In this document: piece by piece, positions 50,701 to 61,923 of the stretch
Layout: each line of letters begins with the position of its first letter
How positions within the stretch are numbered: the stretch's first letter is position 1
Assembly (NCBI GenBank): GCA_000708835.1
Contig: DF237176.1
Coordinates: 70,995-134,994, forward strand
Origin: Klebsormidium nitens
Lineage: Eukaryota > Plantae > Klebsormidiophyceae
Reading direction: 5' to 3'
DNA: 64,000 nt
Notes under the pieces: model-generated
The model's database searches: none
Told to the model about the DNA's origin: nothing
What the model saw: only the letters and a program-made list of their open reading frames with translations
Program-made: the position numbers and the translations under genes

Positions 50701-53700
50701 ATGTAGTTGTTCTGAGGGGGGGAGACGGACGTAGGGCGCCTCCTTCATCCCCTGCGCTGATGGGGGGGGGCTCGCCGACCGCCGTGGAAGAGAATAAGGG
50801 GGCGGTGCCGGCAGGAATCTTAAGAGCGGCGGCGGATATGCTGCGCTCCAAGGAGCTGGTGGATCTAGATCGAGGGGAAGATGCTACTCCAGGCGAAAGC
50901 GTGTCTGAGAAGGGGGAGGGAGTTTCCGCGGAAAGGGAAGGGGTCTCTGAGGAGAAAGCTGCTTCAAAGCTGGAAACGGGGGAGACTCGAGAAGGGGGCG
51001 AAAAGAACCAGTTGCTTCCTGAGGGGGGGAATGATGGTCAGGCCAGCGAAGCGCGGGATAGCCCCCAAGAGGGAATAAAGTCAGCGGTGAAACTTTTGGG
51101 GGGGGAGCCAGGCCACGTAGAGCAGGAAGGGGGGGTCACGAAGGCTCTGGCTCTGCCCCCCCTGCCGAGCCCCACGCCGTCTCTCTCTTCTACTGAGGAA
51201 GCAACCCCTGCCCAAGATGACGAGCGCCGTCCTTCCCTTGCAGGGGGGGAAGGTGCCACTGCCAACGAACCCCCTGCAAGGGGTGAGCCGGCCGCGAGCG
51301 GGGGGGGAATCGTTCCAAGACTGGTACGCTAAGCAAAAAAGTGGGGCGGGGAAAAGTGACGTCAGCGCCTCTAGTAAGCGGCCTGCCGGCGATCTGAAGC
51401 CGTCCGCTTATGTCGACAAGGCTCAGCTGCAGGCCCTCCAAGCGCTCCAGAAACTCAGCGTGAGTGCGCGTTCGCTTTTTGGACCACTTTGCAATCCAAG
51501 TTATGGTCTTTCCGATGTGTGGCGCATGGCGGACTCTGGAAATCCTTAATACGTCACGAACTGGCAAGGTTGTGAAGCCGGATTCTAGCACAAGGTTGAT
51601 CAAGCTCGATCGACTTTCTGGCTCAGTTCAACATCTCCAACCCGTAACTTTCTGCTTCATTTCATGTGGAAATTAAGTGCAAAGGGAAGATTTGGCAGAC
51701 CGAATCCGGAAGAAAATCTGTTTTGAACCAGCCGCTCGCTCGCCACTGATCACAACCGGATTCCTGAAAGGTCATTCTGTGTGGGCTAAGTCGGCCTTTC
51801 GCTGATGGCCAAACGGAAAATCGCCAGAGAGCATGGAGACGTTGAGGTTGTGTCTACACGCTCGAGAAATGTGAAGTAAACTCGCTTCGGAACGAGGCTT
51901 ATCGAATCTGGTTCGGATGCAGGTGGTGGAACCCGACGTCCAGCCAACGGCCGTCTGTAGCCGGAGGGATTTTGCGAGGTGGCTGTTGTCTGGAAGCAGC
52001 GTCTTGACAGGGTAAGCATCTCTAGCTTGGAACAGTCTCTTTCAACCAGACACTCATTTTCTGCTCGGAAACGCCAATCTTTGCACAGATTTGCTTGTGC
52101 TTGCGATGTTGACAAGTCCAGTGTCTGATAAGATGAGGAGTAGAGACTTGCGCGCCGTCTTTCGTCTTTGAGTACAGCTGCCCTTGAGACGCCTGTTCGG
52201 GCGACTGAGAGTTTAATGTATAACTTTGCCATGTCCTTTTGCTGATATCTCGTCTCTACTATAACGGTCGGTTCTTGTGCGTCTTGTCTTATCTTTTCAA
52301 TGCCGAAACCCAGCAGGATAGGATTCGGACCACAAGGGTGCACAAGAGGACGGAACGGTCAGCAAGGAGACCATAGGACTATTTCTTGTCTCTTCCGATC
52401 CCTTTTCTGAGAAGAATGGACAATCGACTGCTGTAGCAAGAAACTTGTGTTGTCGAACTGGATCGAGAAACTGAAAGATGATCTTTTCTTTCGCCCATAT
52501 GCAGAACCCCGGGAGTACACCCGGTCCCGAGCGAGGGCGTCACTGATACTGCCTTCGATGACGTCACTTTTGACGATGAGGACTTTGCTGCCATCCAAGG
52601 TTCGTTGCGGTTTTCGCTTACAGACTGTTTCGTTTGGCTGTTGCCTCTCTCTTACACTGCCACTGGGCATGCCCCAGTTGCCATCATGATTCCACTTTTA
52701 TAAAGCGCTCAGATTATTTCTGTTCTTCAGAAGATAAACACGGAGCTTCTGTTTGAGCGCCCGGTCACAGCATCACGCTTCTCAAAGCAGGAATTGAAAG
52801 TCTTCATCTATCTTATGTACAGCCCACCTCTGGTGCAGCTTTTGGGAATACCAGCCTTGACTCTGGTAATCGGACGAACGACCCGGGCTCTTGACATTGT
52901 GATTACCAGCCGAGTCTGTTTGTTGTTTCAGAACCAGCTTCAAGCCTGTAACCGACGATGCTTAACCACCAAAAACTCTCTGTTCCTTTCAAACTAAGAA
53001 CGAGCCCCTCCTGTTTGCTTTCCTGCAGGCCTTGCGGAAGCTGGCATCATCCCCAGCCGGTTGTCTCACGGCTCCGCAGCCTCCAGTGACGGCCAGTTTC
53101 ACCCCGACGCGTAAGTTTTGCCCGGCCGTACTTGATCTGTAGGGGTGTAGAGAACTCGCTTGCATAGGGTCACCACAGAACTTGCTCATCCTCGCAGATT
53201 CCCCTTGGCAAACTTTCCCAACTAATAACTGTTTTCGTCGAGGAATGGGGAAAGGACGGGGCTCGAACGCAGTTAAGTAGTAGCGAGAGTTACTTGCGTC
53301 GGCGGCATTCATGCAGAGCAAAGTGTTTCACCCCGAAGCTTGCAATCCTTGGAGTCTTCTGGTCGCATCCTGACTGCCCTTTTTCCTGAAACGGAGAGTT
53401 GAGAACTTGCCGTGTTTATCATGATACCTATCTTACTGATCGCAGACATTGAAGGGAGCTTGATCTATTTTGGTTTATTCAGATCTTTCATATTTTCCTA
53501 CTCTTTTATCGAGGTCTTTGGTTTAAGTTGCATTCTGTTATTCCGTACAGGCCGTTGACCCGGCAGGACTTGGTCCGCTGGAAGATGGCCCTCGACCGGC
53601 GGCGCCTGCCGACGGAAGCGGATCCCAAAACGGTGAGGCCCGACTTGCGACGTTGCCGTGTGTTAGGTCGCAGACATCCGGATAAGCAAGTGAGGTGATT

Positions 53701-56576
53701 GTCATCGAAACGGAAACGAAAGGAGTTGAGCGGAAAGAGTCTGCCCTATCTTGATAGAAGGGTCCTAGAAAACATGATCAGCTTTTTCTATCAAGAAACT
53801 CGTGTTGACGGTCCGGTTTGCCTTCATCTCCTGCGCCGCCATTTTATTGCTTGTGGATCTGTTTAACCCCTGTGCGCCGATCCGCTAGTTGGAGAATTCC
53901 AGTCCTCCAAGTCGGCAGAGACTTTGTCTCTCCTGGGATCTCGGTCTGGTTACTGCGCAAATTCTTATTGAGGCAAAGCTGTGCTTTCGCCCCCTCTACC
54001 GATTCGATATTCGCTAGCTTTGACATGGCCAGCGCGGATAAAAAGTCTGTATCAAGATTTGTGTCAACGTCACATACTACCAGCAGGAGTATGGAAGGTA
54101 GGATTGGCGGCTGAATTCGTTATTCACTTGGCAGAATCCTAGCAAAGCCCTTAGGGCCTCAGAAAACAAACACCAGTGTAGTGAGTAGCAGATGCATCTC
54201 GCAGATTAAAGCTGTCAACTGCCAACAAACCTTATATTCCTGTGCTTCTTCGCTTTGCAGGCGGTACTCGAGTCGTGGGGCTTTTTGGACGCGGAGCTCG
54301 TCCACCCCGCTACTCTTCCCGCCATGATCGCCGACTTCCAAGCGGGGGACCAGAGCGTGATTGCTCGTGCCTTCGGTAAGACGCCACCTGTTTCTCGTCT
54401 TTCTTGGATCTCGATGCGGTCTTTCAGCGACGCTCTTCTTCCTGTAAACTCTTCGATGTGTTCCCAGGCTACACGCTGCGCTTCCAGCCCCACAAGCTCG
54501 CCTCCATTTCGCAAACTCTGCTCTAACCGGCACGCTGCTGGATCCTTTTCCTGCTTGGTGTCTACCACTTTTTCTGCCTTCATGCAAGCTTTCTCGACCT
54601 CGGCCTTTGCGAACGCCGTAACAACCTTTCCAAATCTCTGTTCCTCATTTCTCTCCTGACATGTTCCAGGCTACACGCTCCGCATCCAGTCCACAAGCCC
54701 GTGTCTGTCGTGCAAGTTGCGGCGGCGCTCGTATTTTAGCTTTTGAACATGCTTACTTTTATAAAGTACGCGTTTCGGTTTTCAGGTCTACCACTTTTCT
54801 TCTGTTCATCTTTGATTCTTTCGGATCTCAGAGCCTCGATTTGCGCGAACAAACATATCATACTCCTTTTCCAATATTTTTCTTGACCTCTTTCGCAGGC
54901 TACACGCTCCGCTTCCAGCCTCACAAGCCCGTCTCCGTAGCGCAAGCCGCGGCGGCGCTCGCGGCCGGCTCCGCATCCGAAACAGTGTCCGAGCGCGTGT
55001 CCGAAATGGAATCGTACCGGGCTGCGGACGAGGTGTTTCGGGAGGAAGCGCGCGAGCAGCGGGAGATCATCGAGGCGGTCGCCGCGCGTGGGGAGGAGAT
55101 TGTAAAGCAACTAGAGGCGGACAAGGGGGCGCTGGCAGAGACGAGGACGACGGTCGACGAAGCAATCAAGGTGAGGAGATTCGGCGAAGTGATATGGAGC
55201 TTCATGTAAGCACTTGAGATTGTGGCGGCACGTTACGAGGAGATTGTGAAGCACATAGAGGAGGGTAAGAGGGCGCTGGCACAGACAACGACAATGGTAG
55301 AAGAAGCTATCAAGGTGAGGCCATTTTGTATGATGTCCATTGATCTTACAGATGACTCAAGGCGGTCGCGGCCTGTGGAGAGGAACATGTAAGAAGCAAT
55401 TAGGTTGACAGGAATTGGTGGTATGAATCGATGAAGCTTGCTGTTCTGAGTTGGTGGAGGCAAGAGGAAAGGGGAGGAAGGTTCATGAGGGACGCTAGCA
55501 CGGACGAGCATCGCAGTCGAAGAAGATCATTCAGGTTAGCGGGACATGCAATCACAACTTGCCCAGGGCTTTTCGATTGTGCCGCCGGATAGCACCTCCT
55601 CCCTGGCAAAGATTAAGAGTGGATGTAAGCCGAAGTCATTTCTTCTCTGAGGAACGAGCAGCAACAGTCGAAGCGGTCATTTCAGGTGAGCAGGATTGCA
55701 GAACAAAGAACCGAGGGCTTTCCGTTTGTGCCACCAATTTCACCTCCTCCATGGCGAATGCAAGCGAAGGATGTAAGCCGGACTACTTTCTCCTCGCAGG
55801 AGCTGAACGCGCACCGCGACGCAATCCGCGCGGAAAGTGCGCAGCTCGCCCAGTCGGTGGAGCAGGCGCGTTCCATCATCCTGGAGCTGTCTTCCGGCCG
55901 TTCCGTTTCGGAAACGGAACGGAACGCGCTGCAAGCGGAGCTCCAGAAGCTCGAGGATCAGCGGGTCGCGATTGAGGCAGTGACGTCAGAGGCGGAGCTG
56001 CACATCGGGGCGGAGATCAGAAAGGCGCGGGCGGCAGTCGAGGGCTTAGAGGGGGTCCGGGAGGTGCTTCAGAGCACGAATACGAACGGACGGGAATCTG
56101 AGTCTGAGCAGAGACCGGATTCCGCTCTTACGAACGGAAAGCCCCTGGTTGACTTATTCGACGAGAGGATGGAGTTGGCGGATGAGAGGGCGAGGAACCC
56201 GCTGAAGCACGCAGTGAGAGTAGCGAGTGCGCACATGGACGCGGCGAAAGGACACGTGGCAAGGTTGAGCAGGAGAGTGAGGAGCGACGGCGGCGACGTC
56301 ATGGACTCCCTCCGGGAGAAAACCGGGCACGTGGCAGCTGCCGGGTCGGAGTTTGTGCGTGACGTGCCGGAAAAGGTGCGGCAGACTGTCCCGTCGGACG
56401 TCCAAGACAAGGTGCGGACGACTGTGGAAAGAGTGTGGGCACGCGTGGAGCGCTTGCTGCTCCTTGCATGGGAGACGCTTCTTCGCGTTTGGTACTTTGT
56501 CCTGGGATATCTGCGAGTGGGCACCGAGCGCGTAAAGGGCGTTTTGGCTAGTGTGCAAAATGGGGGTCGAAGGTAG
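47704..56576 (+). CDS. Plant-type S-layer homology (SLH) domain protein, probably plastid envelope (~1269 aa; one +1 G frameshift at 51300-51307)
   Basis: Exons 47704-48262, 49082-49159, 49798-51459, 51923-52011, 52505-52599, 53029-53110, 53551-53632, 54261-54375, 54899-55170, 55800-56576. Layout: transit-peptide-like N-terminus, TM helix (VVGLTAGGLVLAIVLFL), long acidic region, SLH-type motifs (VDKAQLQALQALQKL, VCSRRDFARWL, AFDDVTFDDEDFAAIQGLAEAGII, FHPDAPLTRQDLVRWKMALD, AFGYTLRFQPHKPVSVAQAAAALAAG), then coiled coil. Confidence 0.88.
49974..50225 (+). repeat. In-frame internal duplication, period 147 bp (49 aa)
   Basis: EPVESAQSEKKDESGGFGKSVFKSVASLVPGFKHKK versus GPVENAQSEKKDESSGIGKSVVEEVSALVPGLDKK. 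Confidence 0.9.
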
Positions 56577-57702
56577 CGGTCCACGCATTTATCGTCGACC
56601 TGATCGTGTACGATCTTTTAGGCTAATGCTGGGCCTTCGTTGGCACGTTTCAAAGGATGTTGAAGGTAGTGAAGCTATTGTTGAGTGTCTACGGACGACA
56701 GGTACTTGAGGAGCTGGTTGGAACTTCATAGTTGGTGTGCCAGCAGTTTGTGCAACAGCGATCCTTGGGAAAGTTTCTCTAGCACTCATACATTCTATCC
56801 ATTAGACTGCATACGGGTCCTCACTGGAGTTGTGGCCGTAGAGCCATACATTTTGAAACTCGATTGTTCGGGATCACATCAATGAACCTTTGTTGGACGA
56901 CCATCCCTCGCATGTCGATCTGATTCAATTGAAAAGAGCATTGTGGGCCGTCCAATGCTTATTACACGGTTCTAATCATCACCGTACCAGCGGTTCAAAC
57001 AAACTAGCTATGCAGTGCGTGATGTCAGTACTGGTCTAGCTGGCCCATGTCACCTAGTGTGCATGCGTCGGAGTGGCGTGTCGCAAGTCTCTATGTTGGT
57101 TGGCAGCGAGCATAGAGCCTTTGGATCTTGAAGTCCGGTTGCTAGCTCAGCGCAGAGCTGGACTGTCGATCAGACTTAATTTCAACGTATGGGCATGCAT
57201 GCAAGGCGCCTTCAATCACCGCAGCTAGCGCTATCTAGTTATATTTACAGAATCATCGCGCCACATCATTCGAATTCAAATGCCGCCGCGCCACTGCCAC
57301 ATTCTTAACGTGCGCACGACATGCCGAATCAGTACATGCGGTGCCACTCATGCCCGGCCACATGAAGATACGTGCATGAGAGGCTAATTGTCCTTGACAT
57401 TCACACAGAACCTTCAGGCTTGCATGTTACATCATGCGTCGGATTACTCAGCAAGTTGCACACTTGCAACAGTGATCCTGGTTTAGTATTGAAAACGAGG
57501 TGACCATTGATCAAATCATGTAGTGAAGGTATATGCACATGTCCTACACGTTACGTTACACCCTGTCAACCGGCACCTTGGGTGCTAATCAATGAGTGCA
57601 ACCAAAACCCATATTAACAGGCAAGCCTGAAAAGCGAATAGAAGCCTAGCTAGAAGCATTGCTCTCCTCTTCCTCTGTCATTGAAGAGCATCAAAGTAGG
57701 AC

Positions 57703-59052
57703 TTATGCCCTACGCCAAGCCTTGATCCCCTCTGAAGTCACATGTATGCACTCCTCCAGACTGGGTTGTCCAAATTTGAGAAACCTCAACACTGACTTTC
57801 GTGTGCCGTCTGAAGCGAACTTTGTCATCTCATCAAGCTCTTGAAGGACCGAGCGCTGCATAGGCACAGCTTGAGCTTCAGTGGTTCGACTCCAGGATTG
57901 AGCAAGTGCAGCAGCCCTCGAAGCGGCAGCAAACACATCCGTCTCTACCAAGCCAGCAACAGCCTTGAACCCCCGTTTGATGCTCCGTTCCTTGACGACA
58001 AGGTGGCCGTACAACATACGGATGAGTGGAAACGCTTCAATGGCCAAGTTCTCCCCAGTGCCATGGGCACAAGCGCCGTCCCACTCCTCCTCAACCCCCT
58101 CAATTGATACAAAAGCAAGGAGAAGGTGTCCCCCTTCACAGACACGCCCAAATGTGTAGGCGTCTTCTAGCTCCTCTACCTCCTCCCTCACTATCTTGAC
58201 GCTGTGGTAGTCGATTGGATCCCCCCAATCGTCCACCTCTTCGTCGTCCGACGAGTCCGTGCTGGACACTTGACATGGCCAGGTCCCCAGCAGTTCGTCG
58301 AAGTCATTGTACTGGCGATCAATGTATTTGAGAACGGACTTGTACGAGGTGGGGACTTTGAAGAACTTGGCCGCATCAAGCACAGCCGTCGCACCCTGGC
58401 AATACGGACAGCGGCTGGGCAAGCCTGCACCTACAGCATCTCCCCCAAAAGCATTCACCTCGCTAAGTGCAGCGCGGATTCTGGAAGATGCAAAGTCTTT
58501 GATGATCCCCCTGCACCCATACTCCCGGAACTCAACCTCGGCGTTGAAAATGCCAGCAGCGTCATGCGCACACCGCACCGAAACAAAGACCTGGTCACTT
58601 TGAAAGTGCTCCTTGAATTGCAAAACCTTCATCACACTTGGACCTGTCCAAAATCCTTTTGGACTCCATTCTACATGTCCCAGATTTGAGATGCGGAACT
58701 GAATCAGAGTCTGCTTGAGTTCCTCTGTCAGGCTGGGGTGCAGCCCTGGGCAATAAGTTATCAATTTGAACAGCCCCCGCCAGCCCCCTGGAGGAAGTCC
58801 ATGGTCTCCATACCCAAGCTCTTCACACAGGCCGCCAGCGGACCGGAAGCACAGGTCCCTCCAGGTGATTGTCTCTGTAATGGTCCTCCAATCTTTGCAG
58901 ATGACAGACACGGCTGCCAGATCTTTGGGGCTGGAGCCTAGCTTGATGAAAACCTTGCTGAGCAGGTCAGAACCTAGACAGGAGATGCTGAATGAGCCGG
59001 CGGCTTCCGTCCTTGCCGAAGGCTGTGCTCGTTTACCCTGACCCACATTCAT
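57703..59052 (-). CDS. EID1-like F-box protein (449 aa, single exon)
   Basis: F-box (LGSDLLSKVFIKL...LAAVSVICKDWR...WRDLC), then GGWRGLFKLITYCPG, DQVFVSVRCAH, RGIIKDFASSRIR, CPYC and VCEGGH, matching the EID1/EDL pattern. Confidence 0.85.
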   Translation of the reverse strand: MNVGQGKRAQPSARTEAAGSFSISCLGSDLLSKVFIKLGSSPKDLAAVSVICKDWRTITETITWRDLCFRSAGGLCEELGYGDHGLPPGGWRGLFKLITYCPGLHPSLTEELKQTLIQFRISNLGHVEWSPKGFWTGPSVMKVLQFKEHFQSDQVFVSVRCAHDAAGIFNAEVEFREYGCRGIIKDFASSRIRAALSEVNAFGGDAVGAGLPSRCPYCQGATAVLDAAKFFKVPTSYKSVLKYIDRQYNDFDELLGTWPCQVSSTDSSDDEEVDDWGDPIDYHSVKIVREEVEELEDAYTFGRVCEGGHLLLAFVSIEGVEEEWDGACAHGTGENLAIEAFPLIRMLYGHLVVKERSIKRGFKAVAGLVETDVFAAASRAAALAQSWSRTTEAQAVPMQRSVLQELDEMTKFASDGTRKSVLRFLKFGQPSLEECIHVTSEGIKAWRRA

Positions 59053-61923
59053 GCTTGTTCCCCCCGATGTAAGAATGCCCCGTAGCTCGTCTCCCCAAAT
59101 GCGGCCCCAAAGAAAATTCTTGGAATTGTAATCCTTCTATATTTTCTGAAGCCTGTCAACCTTGAGGCTTGAAGTTGAGTGAAGCCTGAAGCAGTGAAGG
59201 CGCCCTCATTTCTCCATTGCACGAAGACCGGTACGTGTCTTCAAGACCGTTCTTCACAGTCAGAGTGGATCTAGGATTTGTTGAACGGGATATCCGCCCA
59301 GATCTTTTATAAATGCCTTGCCGAAAGTTTGGATATACTGTATACACATATATACGACAATGATCAGATATACCATTGAATACACAGACATAACCCTCTG
59401 CTGGTCAGAAGCAGACAAATGGAGAATCATATTATCCTTGAAGAGAGACATATTCCCGAATTGAGAATCTGGTGACCTGTCCAATATGCTCAGCTTATAA
59501 ATCTATACGTGAAGCAGCAGGAGTCAACTTGCAAAGACGATCAACAAGATCTCTTACACTGAACATTACAGATCTCAGAAGCAGAACAGCAGAAGGGAGG
59601 CCGGGCAGCAACTTAGCAAGGGAGCGGGGTGGCAGCTTTCCAGCCGCGCTCTGGCAGCATCTTCTTTCAGCAAGTCCATGGCGAGATTAGTGGGGCTTGC
59701 GTTTGGTGCGGTGCATGGGCTGGCTACTCTTTTAGGGTATGCAGTCCTGTTGACAGTTGTTGCCAGTGAGGTGGTGGACGCACGAAGAAAGCGGCAGCCA
59801 GGGACGGCTAAGCCAACGGAACTCAAACCTGCACATTTTGGCCAATGACGGAAAGCAGCTTCAGATAGTCAACTAGCTTCAAGCGCGATGTTGGATCCTG
59901 TTAGTGTTTCATGGCCACAATTCAGGCCATCATAAGTCAGACCCTTCTTTCTATCTTCTAGTAGGTCTGCATTCTTACTGTAGTCTGCCACAGCATCAAC
60001 AGGTTGCCATATTAGACTGTTGACGGTTGGGTAACTTCCCCGGGGTTGTTTCGGTGGTGTTAGCTACATAGAATCGTGCTCAAGCCTGCTCAACACTTTG
60101 AGAGCTGGGAGCCATTGCAGATGTGTATGTATATTAGCTGACCGGTGGCTATGGTACACAAGTTGGGACTGTATATAAAAGCAATTGGCTTAAGGTGTTT
60201 GAGAAGCCCTTCTGCCGAATGGCGGACATCAGAAACAGGGAAGGTGAGAAACCTCATGTCCACTTCCATCTTCATTTCAAATACAGTAAGATTAGAAGAC
60301 TTCTCAGAATTGTCGGAAAGCATGTGCGCAGTCTTAGGTGGAGAAATCTTCAACTGTTCCACGCCGTCGATTATCGTATCGCAACTCCAAAGAGTCTAGA
60401 GCCTTGCAAGACCCAGAGGCTTGTTCTTTTTAGGATCAGGAAAAACAAGAACCTTCTGATCTGACTCAGAGAAGCATACGGTGCTGGAAAGAAGAGTTTG
60501 GGGAGAAGTGGATTGGCATGATGACAGTTCTTCACGCATCATTCAAGAGGACTGCAAACCGCCCTTTGGATGTGCCCCTCATCTAAAGCAAATTTTGTTT
60601 TAGGTGGCAGGAAATCAGCAATCTAAGAGTAGATTCACACTGGTCAAAGTTGAGCATGCCAGACTTTGGTCTTGCTAACTTGTTGAACGATAACTTGCCC
60701 GCATTCGATACAATCTGGCTATGTTCAAATCTATGATTGTCTAACAAAGCGCTTGCATCTGTTGCAGGGGGGTGATACTTTGTACATAGCCAATTCTTCC
60801 GCCTTAGTTTATGTGATCACGTGTATCCAGACAGCATGAAGGTTCAGGATTTCAAATCTTCGACGATCCAAGTACATAGATCATAACAGGGAGAGAACGA
60901 TCTGTTGGAGTCATGAATTGCTCTTGAGGTGCCGTTTCCTTCCAAACTGTCTCGATTCACTTGCATCATCTTTCATCGATGAAATGTTGGAGCAAAGGCT
61001 CTCAGTTCATTCCACACTTCAGCGCCGGCGATTGCTGAATTCTGGCATCACAGTTCGCAAGTTGCGAGAATCCGTTCATACATGTATATCGTTTATTCAT
61101 GAAGTCCAGATAGATTGAAATGGGTAAGCGATTTTAGATCAGTGAGATCGAGTAATAGGCTAGATCAAACCTACTCACATTAGATAATATTATCATGATT
61201 CCCTCAAATCTCAGATCTGGCATAGCATGGCGCATCAACAACGCAAGCTTACGGCGGCCGGCATGTCATGCACATATTGCCAGAGAATGCGAACATGATC
61301 CAAATTAATGGATTGATCCGGCTTACTAGGTACTACACTTTTGTAGTATGGTACGTCGACACATGATCATGCATGATTCTTGCGCCCCGCCTCTTGAACC
61401 TTTGAAACCAGGCCCAGGAGCAACTGCCCCCGGGCCCCGCTTTTCCTGATCTTTCATGCAATGGGCCTATGTTTCATTGCACATGATGATCGAACTTTGA
61501 TACTAAGTAGCCGCGCTCTAGTACCGCCGGAACTCTTATCGCGTGACAGGTCAAATGTGCTTATAAGTCCAATCGACCTGGCCTTTAAACAGCATCCAAT
61601 ACATCCGGTCGATCATTTTGATTGTATCGTATAAACCATGGTGTGGACTGATTGCCGGCAACAGCGGTAAGCCACTTTCTTGAGCGCGGGCTTTCACAAA
61701 GACTTTCCTGGTCTTATGAACGAATCTTGACACACTGCGTAATTCTGCCATCAACTTTGAATTGGGCCGGGGATTACTTGAAGCTACCTTTTATCCGCCC
61801 TGGGAAACCGTTTTTGTACAATAGGATTCTGGTCGTCCACTCAATATAGGATCACAAGAAGACGCTTTGTAGGCATCGTCGCTAGATGCAACGCTTGCAG
61901 TGCACCATGTCGTATGGTGCAGC

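Noticed and set aside
50068-50851. Several minus-strand ORFs of 77-193 aa
   Set aside because: They are shadows of the purine-rich, low-complexity SLH exon.
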